The notes under the pieces were generated by a model. That model did no database searches. It saw only the letters and a list, made by a program, of their open reading frames with translations, and had not been told where the DNA came from. Source: Neoechinorhynchus agilis (Eukaryota > Animalia > Acanthocephala). Taken from it: DNA of 64,000 bases. Made by a program: the position numbers and the translations under genes. Position 1 is the first letter of the stretch. Each line of letters begins with the position of its first letter. Location of the stretch: assembly GCA_051530055.1 (NCBI GenBank), contig CM121341.1, positions 8,100,784 to 8,164,783 on the forward strand. The letters run 5' to 3'. Of the stretch, positions 33,481 through 45,636 are shown in pieces.

Positions 33481-33840
33481 TTCTGTTGAACGCCTCTTTC
33501 GGATGGAATGATTTGATCGTTTAATACAAGAGAAGTTGCAGCTCCGTACGAATTGAGTCCAGATGACAATAAGATTTAATTGTTATTTCTAAACCTGAAA
33601 CAAACGTTTTTTGAGCAATGCTCTTAGTGTGAATAATTCATTCGTTTTTGAAAAGGTCCTAAGCGTTTAAGAGATTTTAAAATAAGTATCTTACGCCTCA
33701 TGGAAACCTTGATAAACGCGTACAAGATTATGCCGAAATATCGGATTTTAAAATAAAATTATTTTAATTTCTTCGCCAGAGACTACAAATAACGAGTGCG
33801 GAGTATCGGAGGTTAGGGAACGAGTTAAAACGACTAAAAA

Positions 33841-33977
33841 CGGCGCAAGGAGAAACTGTGACATTTCGTGGAAGACGTGCGGACGTGAACCATCATTGGC
33901 ATTCTGATTTTTTAAAGCTCATCTTAAAAGCCCCATCTTTATCACATATTTTACTGTATCTTCATAAATAGCAAAGG
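33841..33977. repeat. Direct copy of 13181-13316 (F remnant plus about 105 bp)
   Basis: ggcgcaaggagaaactgtgac..cttcataaatagcaaagg is identical at both sites. Confidence 0.9.
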
Positions 33978-35541
33978 AAAATCCGCCGTGTACTGGATAA
34001 TCCTTTCAAAAATACTCAAAAACGTATAAAATCTTATTTTTGTTTCAGTATCTCGAGCACATGGGATCCGTAGGTTTTTTCTAAAATATAGATTCCGTCT
34101 TCTTTTTAAAATCACAGTCAAAAAAACTCCCGAGTTCAATTAGTCCTTCACCGATTAATTCGGGAAATCCGCCGTGTACTGGATAATCCTTTCAAAAATA
34201 CTCAAAAACGTATAAAATCTTATTTTTGTTTCAGTATCTCGAGCACATGGGATCCGTAGGTTTTTTCTAGAATATAGATTCCGTCTTCTTTTTAAAATCA
34301 CAGTCAAAAAAACTCCCGAGTTCAATTAGTCCTTCACCGATTGATTCGGGAAATCAGCTGTGTACTGGATGATCACTTCAAGAACACTCAAAAACGTATA
34401 AAATCTTATTTTTGTTTGAGTATCTCGAGCAATAGGAATCAGAATGTGTTGTCTAAAATATAGATTCCGTCTTCTTTTTAAAATCACAGTCAAAAAAACT
34501 CCCGAGTTCAATTAGTCCTTCACCGATTAATTCGGGAAATCAGCTGTGTACTGGATAATCCTTTCAAAAATACTCAAAAACGTATAAAATCTTATTTTTG
34601 TTTCAGTATCTCGAGCACATGGGATCCGTAGGTTTTTTCTAAAATATAGATTCCGTCTTCTTTTTAAAATCACAGTCAAAAAAACTCCCGAGTTCAATTA
34701 GTCCTTCACCGATTGATTCGGGAAATCAGCTGTGTACTGGATGATCACTTCAAGAACACTCAAAAACGTATAAAATCTTATTTTTGTTTGAGTATCTCGA
34801 GCAATAGGAATCCGTAGGTTTTGTCTAAAATATAGATTTCGTCTTCTTTTTAAAATCACAGTCAAAAAAACTCCCGAGTTCAATTAGTCCTTCACCGATT
34901 AATTCGGGAAATCAGCTGTGTACTGGATAATCCTTTCAAAAATACTCAAAAACGTATAAAATCTTATTTTTGTTTCAGTATCTCGAGCACATGGGATCCG
35001 TAGGTTTTTTCTAGAATATAGATTCCGTCTTCTTTTTAAAATCACAGTAAAAAAACTCCCGAGTTCAATTAGTCCTTCACCGATTGATTCGGGAAATCAG
35101 CTGTGTACTGGATGATCGCTTCAAAAAACTCAAAAACGTATAAAATCTTATTTTTGTTTGAGTATCTCGAGCAATAGGAATCAGAATGTGTTGTCTAAAA
35201 TATAGATTCCGTCTTCTTTTTAAAATCACAGTCAAAAAACTCCCGAGTTCAATTAGTCCTTCACCGATTAATTCGGGAAATCAGCTGTGTACTGGATGAT
35301 CGCTTCAAAAATACTCAAAAACGTATAAAATCTTATTTTTGTTTTAGTATCTCGAGCACATGGGATCCGTAGGTTTTGTCTAAAATATAGATTCCGTCTT
35401 CTTTTTAAAATCACAGTCAAAAAACTCCCGAGTTCAATTAGTCCTTCACCGATTAATTCGGGAAATCAGCTGTGTACTGGATGATCGCTTCAAAAATACT
35501 CAAAAACGTATAAAATTTTATTTTTGTTTGAGTATCTCGAG
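33977..35541. repeat. 186-bp satellite, about 8.4 copies, with alternating A/B variants
   Basis: gtgtactgga recurs every about 186 bp; ggataatcc/gcacatggg and ggatgatc/gcaatagg variants alternate. Confidence 0.95.
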
Positions 35542-35800
35542 TTCTAAATCCTAGCCTAAAACGCATACATTCGTCCTCAGTTTCCATAGACGTTTGCATG
35601 GACAAAAACCTTTTTGTTTACCTCACAAAAAAGGGCATTCTTCGATTGATTTTTTAACGCCATTCTTACATTGAACCGTTCAATCGCAATTCAACGTCAA
35701 TCTGATTTTAATATCACATCATCAAACTCGCCCCTGCCCACTGACGATACTATCAAGCCGGAGACGTACGCTGCGGAAGCCTGAAAACGTCGCGTACTGA

Positions 35801-36760
35801 ATGACTAGGAAGCGATACTACCAAATATTGGGGATATCGTCTGATTCGACGGACGCCGAGATTAGACGAGCATATCGAACTTTGGCTCTGAAGTATCATC
35901 CGGACAAGTGTAATTCTGGCGATGCCGAAGAAAGGTTCAAGCAGCTTGCTGAAGCCTACGAAGTTCTGATTGATCCAACGCGTCGATCGGCATATGATCG
36001 AGAACGAAATTACAGCTACAATTCAATTGTAAGTCCAAGAAAGACGTTTAGGCGTTTCTTTGACAAACTAGATGCCGATTTGAGCCTTTTTAGCGATAGT
36101 AGTGAGTCGAGATTTTGTGGAATTGAGCGTATTACTGAATGGCTAAGGTCACAGCATACAGATTGTGATCCAAAAGCCGATCAAGAGACGGTTCGGCAAA
36201 AAGAACCTTTGTATCATGAATTGAAATTGAGTTTAAAGGAACTTTTAAAAGGTGGCACGAAGAGAATTGTAGCTCAGAGGAAAGTGTACGATCGATCATC
36301 AAGATCCTTTATGATTGAACCTAAAATTTTCATCATAAACATCAAACCTGGTTGGTGCGCTGGGACGAAGATCAGATTCGTTGGCGAAGGTGATTTAATT
36401 AGTTCGTATGGTGATCCGTTGGATATGGTGTTCGTTGTAGTCGAGGAACCTGATCCAGCATTCAGTAGGATTGGAGATGATTTGGTTCATAGTGTTCGTT
36501 TGTCACTCTTACAGGCGCTATGCTTGAACGAAGTGGTCGTTTCTACTATCGACTCAAAGAAAAGACGTATCCCGATAAGTGAAGACGAAATCATTAGTCC
36601 CAATACTGTCAAAATCCTAAAGGGTGACGGGATGCCCCGTTCGACAGCACCAAACTCGAGAGGAGACCTCATAGTTAAGTTCCAAATTGATTTTCCAACC
36701 AGTCTTTCAAAAGACGTTAAACTAAGAATCGAAAGTGTTATTCCGGATGAAGAGTCTTAG
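35801..36760 (+). CDS. Class B DnaJ/Hsp40 (DNAJB1/4/5/13-like), intronless, 319 aa
   Basis: J-domain YYQILG..AYRTLALKYHPDK..FKQLAEAYEVL; CTD LKLSLKELLKGGTK, IKPGW..GTKIRF.GEGD, GDGMP..RGDLIVKFQIDFP; no zinc finger. Confidence 0.95.
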   Translation: MTRKRYYQILGISSDSTDAEIRRAYRTLALKYHPDKCNSGDAEERFKQLAEAYEVLIDPTRRSAYDRERNYSYNSIVSPRKTFRRFFDKLDADLSLFSDSSESRFCGIERITEWLRSQHTDCDPKADQETVRQKEPLYHELKLSLKELLKGGTKRIVAQRKVYDRSSRSFMIEPKIFIINIKPGWCAGTKIRFVGEGDLISSYGDPLDMVFVVVEEPDPAFSRIGDDLVHSVRLSLLQALCLNEVVVSTIDSKKRRIPISEDEIISPNTVKILKGDGMPRSTAPNSRGDLIVKFQIDFPTSLSKDVKLRIESVIPDEES

Positions 36761-37329
36761 CGATATGGGTGTATCCGAATTTGATGTGGTCGTGTGTGGA
36801 AATCAATTTCATTGAGCAATAAAAACAACAACAAAAGAGTCCACGAAGTACAAGTTTGCTACTTGCCGAATCCTTTTACACTTTCATGGCGTTCGGAAAA
36901 TAATGTCAATAATTTCTCTTAAGGCTACTTGGAGGATCGTTTTAGACCTAAGAATCAATCCGAACCGCCTTTATAGTGGTCGGTTATTGTTAATTCCTTT
37001 ATCAAAAGCTCATCAATGTTCCGTTTGCTCGCTTGACGCCTCTAATACACTTCAGAGTAACAAAAACCGTTTAATTTGACTCCCTTTAATGAAAACACAA
37101 CTAATTTTTCTATTGTTTTTGTATTTGTAAGCCAAAATGTTTTACCTCTGGACAAAGGTCTTGGAGATGCGGTGATCGGTACAGCTGAAAGATTGTATTG
37201 CCGAGAAAATCCAGTGGCATTGGTGATGTTTCTAACAGAAATTCTCAGCCTGGGACTTTAGGTTTGTCTTATCGTCATTAAGTTGCGAAGGCCGATCAAA
37301 ACTCACTAACATCAACCAAAGATTCCTCA

Positions 37330-37812
37330 TTAGCTTTTGCTAAAGGAATAAAAATCAAATGATCTTTCTAAGAGGCCATTTTGCGTTTCTGTTTTATTCA
37401 ATGCCTTTCTTTGATTTGTTGCTTCCAATGTTAACATTTTAGGGCTATTGCTGCTCATAATGACAACAGCTCGTTTTCTCCTCGATCTTCTTAAATTATT
37501 TATCGCTTCCTTCGTTCGATTTTGTTATCCGGATTTCCTTTGAATGCTTTCAAAAATTGCATCCAAATTATTGTTTCGATCATCATTTCTTGAAATTTCT
37601 CTTCAAATCATTGCAATAAAATATTATCGTATTCACTGCATCGTTGGCGACGGCGTATATTTTATCGATAATACTTTTAGTCCGACAAAAAAGAGATCTT
37701 CGGTACTAAATTCGATTTCATCAGACGGTTTTAAGGGTCTATTTTTCGAAACAGATCCTTCAGAGGTATTTTTAGTCGTTTTAACTCGTTCCCTAACCTC
37801 CGATACTCCGCA
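37330..37812 (-). pseudogene. 3' fragment of a diverged multi-module (TND-like) paralog
   Basis: FIAMI*REISRNDDRNNNLDAIL resembles module 5 SAMIEREIALSEIRNNNLVNIL; about 37545-37812 duplicates 47360-47622. Confidence 0.55.
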
Positions 37813-38139
37813 CTCGTTATTTGTAGTCTCTGGCGAAGAAATTAAAATAATTTTATTTTAAAATCCGATATTTCGGCATAATCTTGTACGCGTTTATCAA
37901 GGTTTCCATGAGGCGTAAGATACTTATTTTAAAATCTCTTAAACGCTTAGGACCTTTTCAAAAAAGAATGAATTATTCACACTAAGAGCATTGCTCAAAA
38001 AACGTTTGTTTCAGGTTTAGAAATAACAATTAAATCTTATTGTCATCTGGACTCAATTCGTACGGAGCTGCAACTTCTCTTGTATTAAACGATCAAATCA
38101 TTCCATCCGAAAGCGGCGTTCAACAGAAATACTCATTGG

Positions 38140-39660
38140 TTTCGCGCTCACAGTGAACGAATTTGCGCATTATCTTGATGCGGAATTCAACGCCTTTTAT
38201 GTGGACGATGCTGCGCTGGGAGGCGATCCCCAGGTAGTTCTTGATAGAGGCAAGTAACCTAGGCATTGAATTGAGCACAGAAAAATGCGAAATTCTATTC
38301 TGTAATATAAAGAAGGGTCCTGCAAAAGACGTAATAAATCGCGACTTTGAAAATGTTACACCCGGGATAGAAATGATTGACCTTGACCGGCTTAAGCTTT
38401 AGGGCAGTTGCGCATTTGATGGGAATGTAGAAAACGAAATTAACAGCCTTCTAAAGAAATTATCGGTGCTTTGCGATAGGTTCTGTGAGCTTGGATCACA
38501 CGAGGCTCTGTTCTTGATAAAGAATACCCTCTTCATCCCCAAGTTCTTTGTGCTCTACACACTGCGCCGTTTTTCAAGCACAAGGTTCAACTTGGCAAGC
38601 GAGATGATAGATTGAAGGATTGTCTCGAGCAAGTTTTAAATGTCCAGCTGTCAGAAGAGGCATGGCGACAAGCATCCTTGCCTGTATCTTCTGGCAGGTT
38701 GGGTATCCGGAAAACAGCGGACATATCCCTGCCCGCATTTTTAGGCTCCTATGTGGGAAGCGCAGTTCAGCGCATTTTGAAATCTACTTATCGTATTGAT
38801 AGGCATTTTGAAGAGGGAATCAGTGAGTGGTGTACACTGACCAACTCCGGTCGCCAAAAACAATCAGTGTGGGCATCTCGTCGCAAGAGTTCAAAGCTCT
38901 CTCTTATCAGACTCAAGCGACGACGTTGTCCGTGCCAGGTTGTTGGCAGTCTCCACTGGAGAATCCACGGTCCCGCTGGCATCCGAGGGTACTCGCCGAC
39001 GAGGCAGTACGGGTCCGGGTTTCAATGAGACGAGGACAACCGATGTGTCATCCCCACCGTTGCCGCTACGGTACAAATATGGATTCATCGGGACGTCGTG
39101 GTCTCATCTGTAGAAAATCAGCCGGTAGATTCGCAAGACATTCCGAAATTAACATGGTGCTGAGCCGGGCACTTGTTACGCCTCAAATACCCCAATATTT
39201 TGGAACCAGCCACCTCTGTTCCATGGCAGGAGGGTAAATGCCTCCTCTGGAAGCGCCACTGTGTCAGATACCTCGCAACCAGCAATCCAAAGTTCTGGGT
39301 AGTTCAAGCTGGAGGTGCAGCGAACGCTGCGGAATGACGGAAAACGGCGAAATACCTCGATTTAGCCAATGTACCTACGGATCTCTTGATTGCGAGGCTC
39401 CTCAACTCCCGAGGAATCTGAAGCGACGCTTTCAGGTTATAACCGGCGATCCAAGGTCAGGTCAATACCTGGTTCAAAATATCAGCACCGCCGGAGTTGA
39501 GAGGCAACATTGCGAGCATTCGGGCGACAATCGAGGACGGCGAATAATTATGTTTATATCTTCAAGTGAGCGTGTATGTTACATTCAGGTTCTGGTAATA
39601 AAAGTTAATTTCATTATTAAATTCTCCAGAAAAAATAGAAAAAAAGATTCGACAAGTTGG
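38140..39660 (+). mobile_element. Decayed CRE-like RLE retrotransposon (mirror of 32040-33480)
   Basis: Same motifs; retains segments deleted in the left-arm copy. Confidence 0.75.
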
Positions 39661-40152
39661 TAGGCGATTACCAGTTTGAAGGTTGATGAGAACTGGCTCA
39701 AAAATTAATGATAACTTATTGATCATTCAATTTAGCAAAGTCGACCGTTTAGGAAAATACTAATTTGAGAGATGATAAAATTAGAATTATACCGCAAAGA
39801 AGATATCAATGCTCGCCAAATGCCAAAAATAAGATACAATAAAGAATATCAGTGATCAAATTTTTAAAAATCGAAGCTCTTAACAACAAATCATAGAAAA
39901 GCAAAACGAGATGACATCCAAAACAAATTCGCTTAGGTACAAAGTTCAATCAAAAAAACAAAGTTGTTGTTTTCGAATTGGGGAGTATAAATACGATTCA
40001 CTCATTCAATCAAGAAAGTTCGAACATAGAATCTTTCAATCGTCTCCAAGATTTCGGTCGATTATAGCGATCAATTCGATGAACATTTAAGTCGAATTCC
40101 TTCTTTATTAATATGAATTAAATTCATTTTTAATCTGACTTTTCCAATTTAG

Positions 40153-41856
40153 ATGTCTCATTCCAGGAAAAGCTCTACTCATTCTCATGATGATGGTGAT
40201 GAATCGTATCAAGGAAATAGAAATCAACGGATCGAAGGAAATTCATCAGAAACCAGTGAAGAATCGATTATTCTTATTGGTGCAAAGGGTCGACGAATAA
40301 ATGCGTGGGGCCGTACACCTACGCGGATTTGATCGCAAAAGCAATCTATAGCAGCCCCGAAAAGAGGCTGAAACTACGTGAAATTTATTCATGGCTGGAG
40401 GACAACAATTTATATTTTAATTATCGAATGGGCCCCGTCGAAAGTAGGCCTTGGAAGGTAAGTTTCCCATAACTTAAAATTTTTACGGCCGCCGATATTG
40501 TATTTAGAACGCAATTCGACATTGCCTTACGATAAACAAAAAATTCGTTAAAATCGAGGACGACGATAATCCGAGAAGATCTTGGTGGACCATTGACCCG
40601 AATTACAGGGAGCCAGAACCCAAAAGACCGGGCCGAAAACGTACAAATCCTGGATCAATGAACGATGATCGGAACAAACGGGCCCGGTCCTCATTTGAAC
40701 CGAGAGATTTCGTTCATGCAGCACCCCATGAAATGAACAGGACGGTGGAAAATTCGAACGCAGCCTATTTTGTCCAAGGAATCTGTAATAACAGTACTAA
40801 TATTGGAAATCGAAATGAACAGTTGGGTTTTGGGAATATGGCACCCAATGGATATCTACCAAATCATTTGGTGAACTTGCGAACAACCACCGAGTGGAAA
40901 ATACGAATGCAACTAATTTTGTCCAAGGAATCTGTAATAACAGTACCAATATTGGAAATCGAAACGAACAGTTGGGTTTTGGGAATATGGCACCCAATGG
41001 ATATTTTCCAAATCAAAATTTGAACTTGGCGAACAACCACCGAGTAGAAAACACGAACGCAGCCTATTTAGTCCAAGGAATCTGTAATAACAGTACCAAT
41101 ATTGGAAATCGAAATGAACAGTTGGGTTTTGGGAATATGGCACCCAATGGATATTTTCCAAATCAAAATTTGAACTTGGCGAACAACCACCGAGTAGAAA
41201 ACACGAACGCAGCCTATTTTGTCCAAGGAATCTGTAATAACAGTACCAATGTTGGAAATCGAAACGAACAGTTGGGTTTTGGGAATATTGCGCCCAATGG
41301 ATATTTTCCAAATCAAAATTTGAACTTGGCGAACAACCCCCGAGTGGCAAATACGAACGCAGCTAATTTAGTCCAAGGAATCCACAATAACAGTACCAAT
41401 ATTGGAAATCGAAATGAACAGTTGGGTTTTGGGAATATGGCACCCAATGGATATTTTCCAAATCAAAATTTGGACTTGGCGAACAATCACCGGATCATTG
41501 ATTTCGGAACACAGCAGAATAGCGCACCCGTCGAAAACATTAACATTGGAGGAAATGATGGAAATTTCAGATATGGCAATACAGCGATTCTCCAAAACGG
41601 ATTAAGTATTCAAACCAATCAACGAGTCAACAATAGCAATCAGGCTAGTCAAATGGTTTGTCACGTCAATATTTGCGTTGATCCGAATCACTCCCACGAA
41701 ATGTCACAGTTTCTCCTTGTGCCGCTTTGTCAAAGATGCGGCGAAATAAAAGCCTTAAACTCAGGAGTTCTAATCTCGCAGGAGCAAGCGATGATCGCTC
41801 TCCAAAACTACAACATTAACCAACAAAATAACAATCAATTCAATCCAATTGGATAA
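40153..41856 (+). pseudogene. F3: FoxO-type gene with 5 repeats and two apparent -1 frameshifts (pseudogene or sequencing error)
   Basis: ATG 40153; GGGG instead of GGGGG at 40307-40310; intron 40458-40507; second frameshift at about 40866-40880; C-terminus intact. Confidence 0.75.
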
Positions 41857-42353
41857 AGGTTATCGGACGGCAATCGTTATGCTCAACCGAAAAGAGCGCA
41901 TTCCAACAAACCGAAACTCGGCTATTAAGCATACAATAAATATTTCGTTCATCATTGCAACCCAATCGAGCAAAACAATAATTCAAAAACAAATCGATCA
42001 AAACGAAGAGCATTTCTCAAATATCGAATTATTTTAGTATCCACTCGGAAATTGTACGCAGCGTTTAGATTCATGCGAAAAAAGTATTATTAAAAAACAC
42101 AAGAACTCTGGGAAAAGTTTAATATTGGAAACAAACTACAAATCATTCATTTAAAAAACGCATTCACAATGCTAAAAAGTATATAAATCTCTGAAGGAAA
42201 ATTAAATTAGAGGTAAGATATTAGCGTCCATTGTTCGTTCTGATTCATAATTGTTCAAGCGGCCAGATTTTTTCGCATTTGTTGTTTAAAAGTCGAAAAA
42301 ATCCATTGAAAAAGTAAAGTTTCCTGGCGACAGATTTAAGATCGATCGAATGT

Positions 42354-42424
42354 TGCATTGGACGGATACCGAACCCGGGTCTTTAGCGTAGCAATCACGA
42401 ATTCTACCATTCAACCACCAATGC
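42354..42424 (-). tRNA. tRNA-Gly-derived pseudogene (copy 3)
   Basis: Reverse complement of 12873-12943. Confidence 0.75.
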
Positions 42425-42685
42425 TCTTGAACTCTCATCTCCGTGAAAAATCTACTTTTACGTTTTTGTGCTGCGCTAATATTTTGTAGGGGACTAAATT
42501 CGTTTTCTTTAATCGCTCAACACAGCCGGCAGCTCTTTAATCGCTCAACACAGCCGGCAGCAAATAATTTTCGCAGAAAATGCACCAAAACAGGAATAAG
42601 TTCACTTTCGAGAATAATTGGGATTAGAGCAACCGTTTACTTACAAATCTCTTTAGAAATCATTCTCATAAGATTATTTCTCAAA

Positions 42686-44308
42686 TTACAATCTAATCTT
42701 TTTGTTTTTCTCTTTATCATTCTCCAAAGCTTCACGATGACGCTTTCTATTAGTCGCGTTCAATTCATTTGTACGTTCAGGATTCTCAGCAATCCGCTGC
42801 TCTGCTCCTTCTTCATTGCCGTTAAGGATTTCGACGACGGTTTCTCCGCGCTCCACATTCCCGAAAAGAGACGAATATGCCGATTGCAACTGAGTTGGAT
42901 TCGAACTCGTTGACTGCAATGGAATCCACTCCGATGCCATGATGGGCATCAATGTTTTTTCGACAAAATCAATAGCTTTTTTAAGCGTAATGGCTCTCAG
43001 CGGTCGTCCACGTTGAAATTCTTTTACGATAACAATCGATTTGTAAAACATTCTTCGGTCTTTACCTGATAAAAATATTTTGAGAAGATATTTTACGACG
43101 GATAAAAACTTACAATGAGCATGTTGCTTCCGAACTTCTCTTAAGAAAATCTTTATCGTTGGAATCATAGAACCCAATTCCTGCTCAGCCTGTGCTCTGC
43201 TCATTCCCAGAATTTCTATAAGAGCGTTAAACCGGATTTTTTGTCCTAAAATCTTACCTTCTTCATTCAAAATATTATTTGGTTGAAGAGTTGGTTCCAT
43301 GTAGACCGGATCTTGAGATTGATTAAATGCAGCGTTTGAATTTGTAAATCTTATCGCCGATTCTTGGAGATGATTACGGCCATATTCGGAAAAGTTTGAT
43401 TCAACTTTTAGCGGTTGGGAAATTTCGGGATTAAAAAACTGTGTTTGTTGCTCGACATTTCTTTGAGTGTCAAATACACCCACAGGATGGAGTTGTTGCC
43501 GTTGACCGGTGAAATCAATCGGCTGATCACTGTACATCGACATATTTGATTGATTGAGTGGTCGAGACTGATTAGGTGCGTAATCCACTTCATATTGATT
43601 CAATTGATGGATCGGATGCTGTTGACTAATTGGGTTATAGCGATTCGGCTGTCTTGCTTGATATAATCGCTGACTTTGGAGCGTTGGATTTAGTATTCTC
43701 GGTGATTGCCAGACTTGGTCCGATCTTTGAGGTTGATTTGGCGGAAATGTCGGCTCAAATTGAGTGCATTGGCCGATCTGTTGGGTTTGATTGTAAAAGA
43801 ACGAACTTTCATATTGATTTGATTGGTCGATCGAATGCTGTTGATTCGTTGTGTGATAGTTTTGCATGCCATGTTCGTTTCGTTGGCATTCGAACATTGG
43901 GCCTTGCTGTTCAAATTGATTAAATTGACCAATTGATTGGTCTGATTGTGTAGCGTTCGGCTGCATTTGGTTACTTAATTGTTGGTGTGGTTCATAGTAG
44001 TCGGTCGTTGTATGTCTCATTTCTGGTCCAGTTGCTCTTCGATTCGCCCATAAATACCTCGACTGATTTACCATTTCATTTAATAAATCCAACACTGATT
44101 TATAGTACTGAGAGAGATTGCGAGATTGGGTATATAAATCCTCTTCGGTACACTTCGGGGATTCGCCGTGTGGACTTTTACACAGCTCCATAATATTTTG
44201 GCTATAATAAAACCGATCGGCATTGTGAAGATATCGCGATAAAAGACTACTTACATCGTTTTGGTAACATAAAGACGATTCTCGTAAGCTATTTCCATTT
44301 GAATTCAC
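42686..44308 (-). CDS. G2: second intact copy of orphan Q/N-rich gene G
   Basis: 540 codons open; about 5 aa differences from G1. Confidence 0.7.
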   Translation of the reverse strand: MNSNGNSLRESSLCYQNDVSSLLSRYLHNADRFYYSQNIMELCKSPHGESPKCTEEDLYTQSRNLSQYYKSVLDLLNEMVNQSRYLWANRRATGPEMRHTTTDYYEPHQQLSNQMQPNATQSDQSIGQFNQFEQQGPMFECQRNEHGMQNYHTTNQQHSIDQSNQYESSFFYNQTQQIGQCTQFEPTFPPNQPQRSDQVWQSPRILNPTLQSQRLYQARQPNRYNPISQQHPIHQLNQYEVDYAPNQSRPLNQSNMSMYSDQPIDFTGQRQQLHPVGVFDTQRNVEQQTQFFNPEISQPLKVESNFSEYGRNHLQESAIRFTNSNAAFNQSQDPVYMEPTLQPNNILNEEGKILGQKIRFNALIEILGMSRAQAEQELGSMIPTIKIFLREVRKQHAHCKFLSVVKYLLKIFLSGKDRRMFYKSIVIVKEFQRGRPLRAITLKKAIDFVEKTLMPIMASEWIPLQSTSSNPTQLQSAYSSLFGNVERGETVVEILNGNEEGAEQRIAENPERTNELNATNRKRHREALENDKEKNKKIRL

Positions 44309-45636
44309 TTTGTAGATCGTTGAGTTGTAAGCGATGATTTTTGTAAAAACATTGAATATTTCCTATTCTTACCATTCCGATAGAACCACAAATATTGGCA
44401 ATTACATAATTATTGTTGCCATCTTTGTTTAAATTTAAAACAAATAACAAGGAAGCAAGTCTTTATATTTGCGTATTTTTATTTGTGCATAAATTCCTTT
44501 ATTTACTCATTGAAACATTTGGAGATCAATGCTTTAAACATTCTTGCACAAACAAACGCTATATTTTTTGGATGTACTGCTCCAAATACTGAGCTTGATT
44601 TTTTTATCAAATGAATCAAGATAACGTTTATGGATTTTATGTTGCAATATCACTGATGAAGTGCGAATCGACTAGGATTTTAGATGTATTGAAAATGAGT
44701 TCTTGGAGTAAAAACAATTTCGTGACAGTTGAGTTGAAGAATTTCAGATGAATTTCTCTTATTTACTTAGGTCAAGAAAGTTAAAGGAAAGTAAAAAGGA
44801 AGCGAATGCTGCCACAAATTGTCAACCAACGAAGTATTTTCCTTTGTTGCCACAACTAATTTTTTACTTTTCGTCTCATTCAAATGGTCTTTGAAAGTAT
44901 CGTGAATTTATGTCTAAACTTTATTGTCAATAGAAAAACGTAGAAATCAATTCTTTAGATTAAAAACGCTCTCATTTTATTTCACTAGGAATATAACGAT
45001 CAACCTTAGAAGTCTCCGAATAAGTTTATCTGCTTTTAAAAAGGGTTGAAAAATGAAATTCGCCAATAATTTCAATCAGTCGGGAGTTTCTGGGAAATGC
45101 GGCAAATAATTCCCTACCAAGACTTATTCACAAAAATCTTAAATGGCAAAAAACAATTTAATTCTGTATTAAATCCAATTAATCTTTTCAAATTATAGTT
45201 TCATAAAAAAATCAAAATTCAAAAAAAAATATTATCAATAGTTTAGGTGTCCAACATTTAAGCTGGATTTAATCATCGCTTCGGAAATATGCCGATGATA
45301 ACCAGAAATGTCTTAAAAAAACGAGCAATTTCAAATGGCATTCGCGAGAAAAAAAGAATCAATCCCCCTAAACAATGAAATTTTCCCACGTTTCTTAAAC
45401 TGGTTTTTATATCTTTATCGGACCTAATAAAATTACTTCAATTTTATGCCAATATAAAAACATGAATAATTCAGTGTTGAAACAAAGTAAAGATTAAGGC
45501 GACTTGGAGAAGGGTAAAAAATAATGTCTATATAGCAGAAATCTTTTCTATTATCTCATTGAAAAAAAGTTTTATCATCTATCAAAAATATTTTTTAAAA
45601 AAACATCGAGTACATTTCAACGCGCTGATTCCAAAT

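Larger units (their letters stand above)
29258..33840. repeat. Left arm of a large inverted repeat (right arm 37769-42619)
   Basis: The tRNA segment, F gene, promoter, CRE remnant and flank are all mirrored. Confidence 0.9.
37769..42619. repeat. Right arm of the large inverted repeat
   Basis: Reverse complement of 29258-33840, with indels in the retroelement and the VNTR. Confidence 0.9.
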
